Part shown: in pieces, positions 9,758 to 19,022 of the stretch
How the letters are laid out: each line of letters starts with the position of its first letter
Numbering within the stretch: the stretch's first letter is position 1
DNA from: Candidatus Obscuribacterales bacterium
Lineage (GTDB): Bacteria; Cyanobacteriota; Vampirovibrionia; Obscuribacterales; Obscuribacteraceae
DNA: 64,000 nucleotides
Direction: 5' to 3'
Assembly (NCBI GenBank): GCA_965228855.1
Contig: CBDDIJ010000003.1
Location: 320,001-384,000 of the forward strand
Translations under genes and position numbers: made by a program
Notes under the pieces: model-generated
The model's input: the letters and a program-made list of their open reading frames with translations, nothing else
Told to the model about the DNA's origin: nothing
The model's database searches: none

Positions 9758-10244
9758 TCTGCCGTTGTGCGGTGAATCTAAAGAAGCTGCAAAAGCAAAA
9801 TTGCAAAATAACTTTTGAGTTTTAAAAATATCAAAAGCTTTCAATTTTTAATTGTGGTAACTACGTAGTTCGATTTTGATATTGACCGAAAACGGCATGA
9901 AAAGCCGTCCAATTAACTTGTCAAAGTAATTTGCCGGATGGCATACTGAAAATCACGCACACAGATGTCGCTATGCAAGCGGGTGAAGCGTTCAATCCGA
10001 TGGACAGCTGAAATTCGTTGATAGAACCCCCGATGTCTCTCGTTTGTTGGAGAAAGCAAACGTAAGGCCCCTTAAAATCCTTTACTATCAACACAGGTTC
10101 TGCCATCACCAATAGTGCAGCATAAGAAGTTGAGTTTGTGTGGAAACGCACCGGACTCCGCTCTCTCAATGGGAAAGACTGGGGCTCTCTTCGACTTGCG
10201 GAAGTCGAACATCCGGGTCTGGAGTGAAATAGGAATCTGAGTTC

Positions 10245-13200
10245 ATGGATCAAATCGAAAGTACCAAGACGCAATTTTCGCCGGAGAATCCATACCGGCC
10301 AAATTTCAACGAACTGATACCATCCGTATCAGATCTACGTCGTCCAGAACAGACGCCAGCGACCTCAAATGAAAACGACACCAGGGATAGTTCTACCTCG
10401 ACTATACCTGATACAAGCAAGGCTCCCCGCCCGGGCGGTGTTCCAAGTCTTAAGCTATCTGAGGGCACAGATGTTTTTCTGCCCGACATGAGTTGGGATG
10501 TACTGGACAAAGGCACCATTCCTGGCGCCGTGTCACCAGCGGACTCACCTGACAAAGGTGATGTCTCGCCGAAGCCCGCAGTGCCAGGCGCAGAACCGAA
10601 GCCCTCAGTTCCCGAGGTTTCAGCGAAGCCATCAGTTCCCGAGGTTTCGCCGAAGCCCTCAGCTCCCGAAGCCTCACCAAAGCCATCTGTTCCCGAAGCC
10701 ACACCGGCAGCTCCCAGAGATGGTGGCACTGTTCGTCCGCCTGCCCCTGGTGACAATAGCGGTGTCGTGACGCGTAAGCAGGAGATCACTTCGGACAAGC
10801 ATGGTAACGTCGCTACTGTGAAGTTACCCGACGGATCGTCGCGCACATATAAATTTGATGAGTCTGGCAAGGAGATTTTGCAAATTACCGACCGCATCAA
10901 ATCTCCAGCTGGCGAGCGGGTGGAGGAGTGGACAAGACAGGCTGATCCAACGACTGGGAAGTTTGGAGAGAAATTTAGTAGAACGCAGCCCGCAGGGTCT
11001 AATGAAGTTCGCGACAAGGTCAAGCAACTGCCCGACGGGAGCTACGAGTATTCCGACGCTAAAGGCGAACGCAAAACCTCGCAAGTTTCCATGCAGGGAG
11101 ACGCGAAGCCCGATACTCCCTGGAAAGCTGATGTTAAGCGCGATGAGAAAGGACGTTTTTCATCGATTGAGAACGAACGTTTCAAGAGAGAGTATCAATA
11201 TTTTGAAGGCACTACCAAGATCAAGTCTTATCACGTAGTTGATAAACAATCGGGTCAGAGTGCTACCTGGTCACGTTCCGCACCAGAATCCGCGAATTGG
11301 ACTGCTCAAACAGGTGACGGTCGTACCGCTACCCTGCAGGGCGAGTTTGCCGTGACCGATGACGGAGTTCATGTCGTTCAGCGACTTTCGTGCAGCTGGG
11401 GTGAAGGGAAGGACAATTATGCGTTTCTTGGTAACGGCACCAAAGTTGGTATCAAGGCAACCGATGGGAATGGTTTAACCGCAGCCGATGGTTCGACCTC
11501 GCGATACGTGAAACGAGCGGACGGTAGCACGGTTTCTTACACCTCGTACGACAACAAGCAAATTTCTGTTTACGACGCATCCACGAAAACGCGCACCAAC
11601 TGGACGCAAGGCGCTGATGGTCTGTGGAAATCTGACTCCCCGTACGAACCCGAGGCTCGCAAGGACCTAAGCTTCAACGATAAGGGGGAACTCAGTTATG
11701 TCGACAAGGATGGCAGCACACGAACTCGGACGCTTGCCGGTGAGGAGATAGTCGGCAAAAAAGATGGATCGAAATTGGTTTATGACCGACAGGGTAAGCT
11801 GTCGAAAGTCATCTACGGAGATGTGACCAGAACATTCCAGAAAGACGAGAAGGGTTCAATCAAAGCTGTCCAGGAGGTTAATGCGAAGGGGGAGTCGAAG
11901 ACCATCTTCCCTCCAGCTTTGAAGCCTGGTGAAAAATTCGAAGATGCAAAATTGAGCGAAGACGGGGACCTCACCTATGTAGTTAAAGATACCGGTGGTA
12001 ATACCGTTAAAAAGGTCAACGAGCGTTCCAATGGCATGACGCTCGACCATGACAAAGATAACGCCTTAATTAGAGCGAGCAAACCTAATGGTGTATCAAG
12101 GAGTTTTGAATACGCGGGCAACGGTGAGAAGAAGCAATTAATCTCAGTCACAGACACGCGTGTGACTAAGGATGGTGCGAAGTCTACGGTCTGGGCGCGT
12201 CAAGCTCAAGCCGACGGCAGCTTTAGCGAAGATTTCCACAGCAAAGACGACAAAGGTAAAGAGAGACCAAGTCGCAAAATCGGCAACGTTCTTCCCGATG
12301 GGAAGTACGAATACGTGACCAAGGATTCGAAGCCTGGTGACAAACCGCGCATTCAGTCTCTGGGTGGTGGCGATGGTGGTTTCTCTGATTCTGTCGACGA
12401 GTCGCGTCAGAACCTGCTTGAGTCGATGGAGAAGGGTCTTGATGAACCACGCCTGAAGCGCATGGAAGAGATGATGAAGGCTTACGAACAGCGAATGACC
12501 GACCGTGCTGTCGCTCGAAAGCTGGCTGGTGTCACCGCGCCTGATGCTATAGACGATGATGTTTCTAAGACGGTCTCGCGAACCTACGACAATATCGCGC
12601 AAATGGTCAATAACGATGACCCTAATAGTTTCTACAGTAAGGAGCAGCGAGCTTTTCTGGCAGAGAACTTTATGTACCATGCACAAGATCCGACTACGAT
12701 GGATCAGGGTGCGGCAGACAATCGGGACTGGCAAGGGCACGGCACTTGCTGGATTCAATCCGCTCATATTTGGGGCATGACCCAACGAACCGATCACATG
12801 GCCGACTTGTTGAAACAGGTTTCGTTAACAGGTTCGTACACAACTAAAAATAGTGGTGCCGCAGGAGAACAACCTAAGACGGTTACTTTCTCTAAAGACT
12901 ATTTGAAGTTTCCTGATGGATTCCAGGAAACAAATTGGTCGATCAGTAAGGCCACCGATACCTGGGATCGGCAGCCGGGTTTCATGCGTCAATGCGACGG
13001 AGATCGAAGCCCGGTCGGCAAGATATTTGATTATACGATGCCCGTGATAGGAAACCGTTCGCAAGACCCGCGCGCCATGGATGGTGGCACGCACAAATCG
13101 TTCACTACTACCGGAGGTCGCTGGTACGTTGGTAACGCCGAGATTATGCAGATGGTGACAGGCGACCAACCTTGTGACATCAAAATGGGCGACCATGGAG

Positions 13201-13667
13201 AAGGGACCCTTATCAATAACGACTTCAGAAAGACGCTTTTGGAGAAAGGAACCGTTCTTAATTACAGTCCCGGACACGCGAAGTCGATTGCATTGAAGAA
13301 TATTGAGGGCACCTGGTGCATCGTGCAAGATAACCAGCACGGCGAAAATGATGACCGTATCATCGCCAAAATTACTGACATTCAAGCTTGGGCGCGCGGC
13401 GATAGAAACGCTGAGCAGCAGGTCAACGAGGCGGTAAATCAACGCAAGTACAAGCTGGATACGGATAGTACCATTCGCGGTATCGTCAAGCCCACGTCTG
13501 ATGACACCTCTAATAATCAACGATATAACTCCGCTTCCAACGGTAGCTACTATCCAGGTCAGAATCAGGGTGCCTACCCGCAACCAGGCTATCCGCAGCC
13601 GAGTTACCCTCAACCGGGTTACTATCCGCAGCCCGGGCATGTCCGCATGAGAGGGCGGTGGCGCTAA
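10245..13667 (+). CDS. Large YD/RHS-like repeat protein with putative C-terminal papain/calpain-like cysteine peptidase domain
   Basis: Pro-rich N-terminus; YD-like hairpins (DKHGNVATVKLPDGSSRTYKFD, YDRQGKLSKV, KPNGVSRSFEY); DQG...GHGTCW, PGHAKSI and QDNQHG motifs; YPQPG tail. No signal peptide. Confidence 0.6.
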   Translation: MDQIESTKTQFSPENPYRPNFNELIPSVSDLRRPEQTPATSNENDTRDSSTSTIPDTSKAPRPGGVPSLKLSEGTDVFLPDMSWDVLDKGTIPGAVSPADSPDKGDVSPKPAVPGAEPKPSVPEVSAKPSVPEVSPKPSAPEASPKPSVPEATPAAPRDGGTVRPPAPGDNSGVVTRKQEITSDKHGNVATVKLPDGSSRTYKFDESGKEILQITDRIKSPAGERVEEWTRQADPTTGKFGEKFSRTQPAGSNEVRDKVKQLPDGSYEYSDAKGERKTSQVSMQGDAKPDTPWKADVKRDEKGRFSSIENERFKREYQYFEGTTKIKSYHVVDKQSGQSATWSRSAPESANWTAQTGDGRTATLQGEFAVTDDGVHVVQRLSCSWGEGKDNYAFLGNGTKVGIKATDGNGLTAADGSTSRYVKRADGSTVSYTSYDNKQISVYDASTKTRTNWTQGADGLWKSDSPYEPEARKDLSFNDKGELSYVDKDGSTRTRTLAGEEIVGKKDGSKLVYDRQGKLSKVIYGDVTRTFQKDEKGSIKAVQEVNAKGESKTIFPPALKPGEKFEDAKLSEDGDLTYVVKDTGGNTVKKVNERSNGMTLDHDKDNALIRASKPNGVSRSFEYAGNGEKKQLISVTDTRVTKDGAKSTVWARQAQADGSFSEDFHSKDDKGKERPSRKIGNVLPDGKYEYVTKDSKPGDKPRIQSLGGGDGGFSDSVDESRQNLLESMEKGLDEPRLKRMEEMMKAYEQRMTDRAVARKLAGVTAPDAIDDDVSKTVSRTYDNIAQMVNNDDPNSFYSKEQRAFLAENFMYHAQDPTTMDQGAADNRDWQGHGTCWIQSAHIWGMTQRTDHMADLLKQVSLTGSYTTKNSGAAGEQPKTVTFSKDYLKFPDGFQETNWSISKATDTWDRQPGFMRQCDGDRSPVGKIFDYTMPVIGNRSQDPRAMDGGTHKSFTTTGGRWYVGNAEIMQMVTGDQPCDIKMGDHGEGTLINNDFRKTLLEKGTVLNYSPGHAKSIALKNIEGTWCIVQDNQHGENDDRIIAKITDIQAWARGDRNAEQQVNEAVNQRKYKLDTDSTIRGIVKPTSDDTSNNQRYNSASNGSYYPGQNQGAYPQPGYPQPSYPQPGYYPQPGHVRMRGRWR
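10569..10703 (+). repeat. 27-bp tandem repeat (5 copies) encoding PKPSVPEVS-like units
   Basis: PKPAVPGAE/PKPSVPEVS/AKPSVPEVS/PKPSAPEAS/PKPSVPEAT. Confidence 0.8.
13575..13637 (+). repeat. YPQPG-type pentapeptide repeats (4 copies) at the C-terminus of the 1140-aa protein
   Basis: YPQPG YPQPS YPQPG Y YPQPG in the translation. Confidence 0.75.
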
Positions 13668-13731
13668 CTATAGGAATTAACGAAGTGCCACCAGGAAACT
13701 ATTTTTTGACAGACGATCGGAGGATATAGAT

Positions 13732-14412
13732 TTGTCGATTTCGGTTCAAAGCCAGACACCAATGAAAGTAAAGGGCACTAAAGCTCTTGCTGCTCGTATT
13801 CGTAGTGCAGGTCGAGATGACTTCGAGCGCACGGAGCGCAACGCGGGTAAGGTCGACATCGATAACGACCTGAGCTTCGATCCTTTCGACCATCTTACTA
13901 ACAGTGTACTCGCGCTATCCGTTACCGGGCAATTTGATTTTTTGGATCCGCTCAGTTCAAACGCTTCGACAACGCCTGACTTCATGCAGATATTCGCTCA
14001 TCAGATGATGGTGGAATTTGGTACCGATAATGGTGCGTTTCTGATCGAGCGGTTTCAAAAAGGGAATGTTTCTCCGCGCATGAACAAGCAAATTGAAGCG
14101 ATTCGTGAGTACGTCGCTGGTGTTTACCGCAGGCAATATTTGAACAAGCACCGGGAAGTCCTGGATGTTGTATCTACGCTCTATCGCGAAGCTTATCGCA
14201 AAGGGGGCTTGTCTCAGGTTGACCAGGCAATTGCACATGTAAATGACAGGTTACGATTGGCCGGTGCGCGTTTTGGTTTCGGCCCCGGAACCGCCTGTAT
14301 GGAAGGCGATAACGGCACCACCGAATGGATTGCGATCATCTTTTCTGACCTTGAACGCGAGGAGTTTATCGCACTCGAGTGGTGTCACATTCAGAATCAG
14401 CCAGCGCTGTAG
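13732..14412 (+). CDS. Hypothetical protein
   Basis: 226-aa ORF; GGAGG 8 nt before TTG 13732; no family recognised. Confidence 0.65.
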   Translation: MSISVQSQTPMKVKGTKALAARIRSAGRDDFERTERNAGKVDIDNDLSFDPFDHLTNSVLALSVTGQFDFLDPLSSNASTTPDFMQIFAHQMMVEFGTDNGAFLIERFQKGNVSPRMNKQIEAIREYVAGVYRRQYLNKHREVLDVVSTLYREAYRKGGLSQVDQAIAHVNDRLRLAGARFGFGPGTACMEGDNGTTEWIAIIFSDLEREEFIALEWCHIQNQPAL

Positions 14413-14413
14413 C

Positions 14414-14773
14414 TTACTTCTTCATCATGAAAATGCCACGCGCACGCTTGGCGTGTTTTTCAGCCTCGCTCTCTCGATTGCAGGCGCGAAGCATCGTCGC
14501 ATAATTTTCGAGAATCGAAACCAATCCGTCGCTGAAGGGACCATCTGACTTTTCCTTAGCCATGATTGCGCGCTTATATACAGGGTCCGCGTCATCATAT
14601 CGACCTTGAGCGCGTAAACAGTTCGCAAGGTTGTTTAAACTCGTCGCCAGCTTCGGATCCTTTTCGCCCATTTTTTCGGCTTCAGTGACGGCCAACAAAA
14701 AGTGCTTTTCCGCCTCGGCTTGCTTGCCCTGGGACATCGCCTGTTGACCGGCTACGTTATATCGCTCCCACAT
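14414..14773 (-). CDS. Tetratricopeptide repeat protein (TPR_12/kinesin light chain-like)
   Basis: DPKLATSLNNLANCLRAQGRYDDADPVYKRAI, SILENYATMLR..NRESEAE. Confidence 0.88.
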   Translation of the reverse strand: MWERYNVAGQQAMSQGKQAEAEKHFLLAVTEAEKMGEKDPKLATSLNNLANCLRAQGRYDDADPVYKRAIMAKEKSDGPFSDGLVSILENYATMLRACNRESEAEKHAKRARGIFMMKK

Positions 14774-14823
14774 GGTTCGTGCCTCGCTGAAAGTTCACAA
14801 CAAGGTTGTTCCCTGCGATGCGA

Positions 14824-15804
14824 TCATTTGACCACATTACCTTGAACCGAGCGACGAATTAATTTGCCGGCTTCTTTTTGTTTGTCTCCGCCAAGCATTT
14901 TGCTCTGAATTTTCAACATCTCGTATTCTTCGCGGAGTCTACCGAATTCACGCGCAAGTTTTTCCTCCTCGCGCTGCCGCACTGATTCGTTTGCGGTGGC
15001 CGCTAAGTTTGCTGCTACCATGTTGCGACTTTCTTGCACCAATGCATTGTTGTTGCGCAACTCTTGCATGCTTGAGGCCAATTTTTGTTCGTCGGCTCGG
15101 AGCATATTCGCGATGTGACTTGCTTCACCGGCGGTGGCTTGAAGCGCTCCGCAAATGTGCGGCGGTTCGATTGTGTTTAGCCCATTGACGTGAAACTGAT
15201 TGCAATGCAGATCGTATAACTGACGTTGCTGATCGTAGGTCGCTTGAGCACGTTGGCACTCACCGATGGTGGTGCGGAAGACATTCAAATTATACTTGTA
15301 TCTGTCGGCGTGATTAACGAAGGTCTGCAGGTCTTTTGTGTAGTCGCGGACGGCCGATTGCAATGCTGCGCCCGAAAGCTTCGGCGGCGCAACAGCCGGC
15401 ATGCCGTTTTGCATCATGTTCGCGGAGCCCTTCAGCGTTTTCGCAATCAGAAGTTGATTTTGCATTTTTTCGTGCAGCTCTTTTCCTGCACGGATGAAAT
15501 CTCGATTCTCCTCTATCAAATATCTCGCCTGCAGAAACCGCTTCGGGTCGCACCCTGGTTCCGGAATGTCAAACGTAAAGTCTTCGTTTTTGTCCGTTGC
15601 TTTTGCCGAGCAGCAGCTGTCGCTGTTACTACCGCGAGCTAAACCTTCTACGCTGACACTTGATGCGGTCCGAGAAGTCGAATCTCTTCGAGTCAGTGAT
15701 GCACCGTCAACGGTGTCAGCAAAAGTTGGCGCTTGAAGAGAGACGATTACCGACGAAGCCGCCATCAGCGCCATCATGTATCGAAGTCGGTTTGTTGCCT
15801 TCAT
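14824..15804 (-). CDS. Exported coiled-coil hypothetical protein
   Basis: Signal peptide ending APTFA; long helical segments; AGGAG RBS. Confidence 0.72.
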   Translation of the reverse strand: MKATNRLRYMMALMAASSVIVSLQAPTFADTVDGASLTRRDSTSRTASSVSVEGLARGSNSDSCCSAKATDKNEDFTFDIPEPGCDPKRFLQARYLIEENRDFIRAGKELHEKMQNQLLIAKTLKGSANMMQNGMPAVAPPKLSGAALQSAVRDYTKDLQTFVNHADRYKYNLNVFRTTIGECQRAQATYDQQRQLYDLHCNQFHVNGLNTIEPPHICGALQATAGEASHIANMLRADEQKLASSMQELRNNNALVQESRNMVAANLAATANESVRQREEEKLAREFGRLREEYEMLKIQSKMLGGDKQKEAGKLIRRSVQGNVVK

Positions 15805-15818
15805 AGCTTTCTCCTTTG

Positions 15819-16745
15819 CTACTTTGGTGCATTCGGTTTTTTTGCCGCCTGAATCTCCTCAGGCGTCACAGTAGGAAACTTGAAAAATTTTGATTGCGCA
15901 TGCAACGCCCGCGGTAAATCAGAGAATTGTAGCTGTTGCGCGCGAAGTTCGATCGGCGGATCTGGCGGCGGCGGAATGTCTTCCTCCTGCGTTTTGCTTC
16001 GATAATATTGCACGTATAGATTCGAACCAAGTGCTCTGAGCGGTGGCGCGGAGCTGTTTGTTTTTCGTCCAAGTCGTTCGATCAATGCATTTGCAGTATC
16101 CTGGACAGTCTGGGCGAGGTGCTGTCCATGCGCCTTTGCGCGAGTCGATTCAATCGACGTATCGTAAATCAAACCTGAATTTTGAATAAAATCTCGGTCG
16201 CTGACTTCAGTTCCGTCGCGGCTGTTCATCAGCTCTGCCGGTGTATAAAAATAACCATGCCGACGACTGACATTCCGGCGATTTTTCGCATATGCGTTCT
16301 GTTCGCGAATTTTGCGCGCTTGCAAATCCAGTGATTGGCGCTGAATCAAAAGACCGCTGCTGATCACGTCCTCCGGCGTGTCGACGGCTCGGTGCTCATT
16401 GCCTTCCAACCGCCCGGCGACATCCATCGAAAACTGCTTCGCCCGCTTGCCGTCCGCGGAGAACGGATTTATAGAGTAACAGGCGCGATAAGTCATCTGC
16501 GCATCCTCTGGCTCTTTCAAAAATTCAAGCGTCTTCCCAAGAAACAGATAGGCTGCTTGGTTACCTGGATTTTGCTGAACCGCTGTCATGAACTGCTGTT
16601 TCGCCGCGTGATAGCGCTTCAGTTTAAACTCTTCGCGCCCAAGTTCAAACGCGCTCACTGCCACCGCCCGCGGCGCACATCCGAGCAGGCACGCACAGGC
16701 GGCGCCAATGGACAGCGCCGACTTGAGCTCATGACTGCGAATCAT
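15819..16745 (-). CDS. Exported TPR-domain protein
   Basis: Signal-like N-terminus, then AFELGREEFKLKRYHAAKQQF..AVQQNPGNQAAYLFLGKTLE TPR pair. Confidence 0.75.
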   Translation of the reverse strand: MIRSHELKSALSIGAACACLLGCAPRAVAVSAFELGREEFKLKRYHAAKQQFMTAVQQNPGNQAAYLFLGKTLEFLKEPEDAQMTYRACYSINPFSADGKRAKQFSMDVAGRLEGNEHRAVDTPEDVISSGLLIQRQSLDLQARKIREQNAYAKNRRNVSRRHGYFYTPAELMNSRDGTEVSDRDFIQNSGLIYDTSIESTRAKAHGQHLAQTVQDTANALIERLGRKTNSSAPPLRALGSNLYVQYYRSKTQEEDIPPPPDPPIELRAQQLQFSDLPRALHAQSKFFKFPTVTPEEIQAAKKPNAPK

Positions 16746-16804
16746 CGTGTCACCATAGACGCGTGAAGTTTCTACCCTAGAATGTTCCCCGATTTAAGCA
16801 TAAA

Positions 16805-17446
16805 ATGACACGCGAAATCAGCCAGACCGTACGTAGGGTTATCACTGTGGGCGCTCCGAATCTCATTCTTGAAACAAATCGATTACGACTGCGACGCTGG
16901 AAGGCATCGGACTTGCAGCCCTTCGCCGCGCTCAACTCCGACCCGATCGTGATGAAACATTTCCCGGCCCCTCTCAGTCTGGATCAAACCAAAAGCTTTA
17001 TTGGAGCGGTAGAAGCTCATTTTGAATTTGAGAAGTTTGGTTTGTGGGCAACCGAATTGAAGGACGGGGGCGACTTCATAGGGTTTGTCGGTCTGAGCAT
17101 TCCGAGATTTTCGGCGCCGTTTATGCCTTGCGTCGAAATCGGTTGGCGTTTGGCTCATAAATATTGGGGGCAAGGATACGCTCCGGAAGCGGCGAAAGAG
17201 GTTTTGCGCGATGGGTTTGAGCGTGTAAAACTTCTGGAGATTGTTTCTTTCACGGCGACTTCGAACGTCAACTCGATGCGCGTGATGGAAAAGATTGGAA
17301 TGAAACACAATCCGGCAGAGGATTTTGACCATCCGAATGTCGTAGATGGGCATCATCTAAAACGTCACGTGCTTTACAGGCTTACCGTTGACGAGTGGAA
17401 ACGCGGCATCGGTTGTGATCGAGATGTGAGTGAGACATTGATTTAA
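16805..17446 (+). CDS. GNAT N-acetyltransferase, RimJ/RimL family
   Basis: LETNRLRLRRW, FIGFVGL, VEIGWRLAHKYWGQGYAPEAA, NVNSMRVMEKIGM, FDHP. Start may be GTG 16847. Confidence 0.9.
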   Translation: MTREISQTVRRVITVGAPNLILETNRLRLRRWKASDLQPFAALNSDPIVMKHFPAPLSLDQTKSFIGAVEAHFEFEKFGLWATELKDGGDFIGFVGLSIPRFSAPFMPCVEIGWRLAHKYWGQGYAPEAAKEVLRDGFERVKLLEIVSFTATSNVNSMRVMEKIGMKHNPAEDFDHPNVVDGHHLKRHVLYRLTVDEWKRGIGCDRDVSETLI

Positions 17447-17559
17447 TCTGATGCTCAACGACTGAAAACGGTTTTCTTCGTGGAACAAGATCTGCAAGAC
17501 CTCGTCTTGCAGCTTATTGCAGAACGCTGACCGACGTGTTTTTGCTGAATCTTTCAATA

Positions 17560-17585
17560 GATTTGCAAGCGCTCGTTTCGGGTAT
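17560..17585 (+). promoter_or_regulatory. Candidate SigB/SigF-type promoter GATTTG-N14-GGGTAT
   Basis: Resembles the GTTTAA-N12-14-GGGTAT class; lies 30 nt upstream of ATG 17616, which has an AGGAG RBS. Confidence 0.3.
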
Positions 17586-17615
17586 AGGTAACCCAGGGAT
17601 AAGTAGGAGCTGAGT

Positions 17616-18395
17616 ATGAACAGCCCATTTGGAAACCGCCAAAACGCTAACAATGGCAACAATAACCGCGGCCGGGAAGGAAGATTTTCCGAGACGGTCA
17701 TCATGGACAATAAATTTCACCAGTCGCTCAGTAATGTGCGAAATCGCGACGTTGAGCAGAATCATCCGGACATCGAGTTGATGCGGCGCGAGCAGATGCA
17801 GCAGTCCAATCGCCATCTAGCGACGCTTTATCGCCTGCCGGCGCTGAAGGATCCTGGCGTTCCAGCCGCTCAGGCGCGCGATCCCGAGCAGACTATCGCT
17901 GTGCGAGTGCAGTCGCCGGTCGTCAATTTTCACGAGTGCATGCAGCGGCTCGAAAGAGAAACCAAACGCGCCAATAAATTCGGTCGTCCGTTTTCTCTCG
18001 CTATAATCGGCTTCGGCGACATTCAGAACGTGCCGAATACCTTTGGCGTGGAGGCGTATGAACTCGCGCTGCAACAGATTGAGGCTGTTCTTTGCAATGT
18101 TGTTGATACGGACATCGATACAGTCGGCAAGTACAGCAACGACCGCTTCATGGTGTTGCTGCCCGAGTGCACCGGTCCGAGTTCGACGATGTTCGCGGAA
18201 ACGACGCGCCAGTATTTTGAAACTGTGCCGATAAAGTTTGGAGGACATGCCTTCTTCCTTCGCGCATCGATTGGCATTGCTTGCTTCCCTAACCACGGTC
18301 ACGAGTGGAAGGAAATTCTCGCGAGAGCCGATCTGGCGTGCGAAAGCATTCTCGGGCGCGGCGGCAATGCCTTCGGTTTTGCGTCGACGATGTAG
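17616..18395 (+). CDS. Degenerate GGDEF-domain protein
   Basis: RLERETKRANKFGRPFSLAII...KYSNDRFMVLLPE...ASIGIACFP..G....LARAD; GGDEF replaced by SNDRF. Confidence 0.85.
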   Translation: MNSPFGNRQNANNGNNNRGREGRFSETVIMDNKFHQSLSNVRNRDVEQNHPDIELMRREQMQQSNRHLATLYRLPALKDPGVPAAQARDPEQTIAVRVQSPVVNFHECMQRLERETKRANKFGRPFSLAIIGFGDIQNVPNTFGVEAYELALQQIEAVLCNVVDTDIDTVGKYSNDRFMVLLPECTGPSSTMFAETTRQYFETVPIKFGGHAFFLRASIGIACFPNHGHEWKEILARADLACESILGRGGNAFGFASTM

Positions 18396-18470
18396 CGCGA
18401 AAGTGAGTCTTTAAATTTGATCTGTTACCAGGTGCTCTCTTTAAGGGCATTTATCTAGTAGGCAGATTGA

Positions 18471-19019
18471 GTGGACTTTGCTTTGATAAAACGGCTAACA
18501 GTCTCGCAGCGTAGGGCGCCTCGGAAGAGGCGGCCGGGTCGCGACGCGCGCGGGATGTACATCGTCGAGGCGCTGGTCGCGATGGTGATATCCACAATAC
18601 TCTCGTTCGCTCTTTTGGATATGGCCATGAGTGCCATGAGAACAATGCAGCGCGCCAATTCGGATGGCCAGGCTTATGAAGTTATTGAGGAATTGACTGA
18701 GTTTACCAGAGCTTACGGTTATGAAAGGCTGGTCGATTATAAAGATCAAACTATGACCTTGGTGCTCAACAGATCGGAAGGAACGCAATTTGAAAACACT
18801 TCATTTCATAATAGGGCACTTCTACTTGATTTTGTTCGGCGGCAGTGGCAATCGAGGACTTCTTCAAGTAAGTTTGAAGGAACTTTGACCTATTACGTAT
18901 TCAATGGACCCGAACCTGATTCGTTGAACGTCGCCATAGATTTGCTCTGGCATGACAGTGCTAGTTCCGAACGCGCCTTGGGGCGTGTAATTGTTGTTCA
19001 AGATGTCCCGTCAGGTTGA
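18471..19019 (+). CDS. Type IV minor pilin/pseudopilin (PilV/GspI-like)
   Basis: Basic leader, then G|MYIVEALVAMVI class III signal with Glu at +5. Confidence 0.72.
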   Translation: MDFALIKRLTVSQRRAPRKRRPGRDARGMYIVEALVAMVISTILSFALLDMAMSAMRTMQRANSDGQAYEVIEELTEFTRAYGYERLVDYKDQTMTLVLNRSEGTQFENTSFHNRALLLDFVRRQWQSRTSSSKFEGTLTYYVFNGPEPDSLNVAIDLLWHDSASSERALGRVIVVQDVPSG

Positions 19020-19022
19020 GTT

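Noticed and set aside
9921..10274. 117-aa minus-strand ORF
   Set aside because: No motif or RBS; overlaps the start and leader of the 1140-aa gene.
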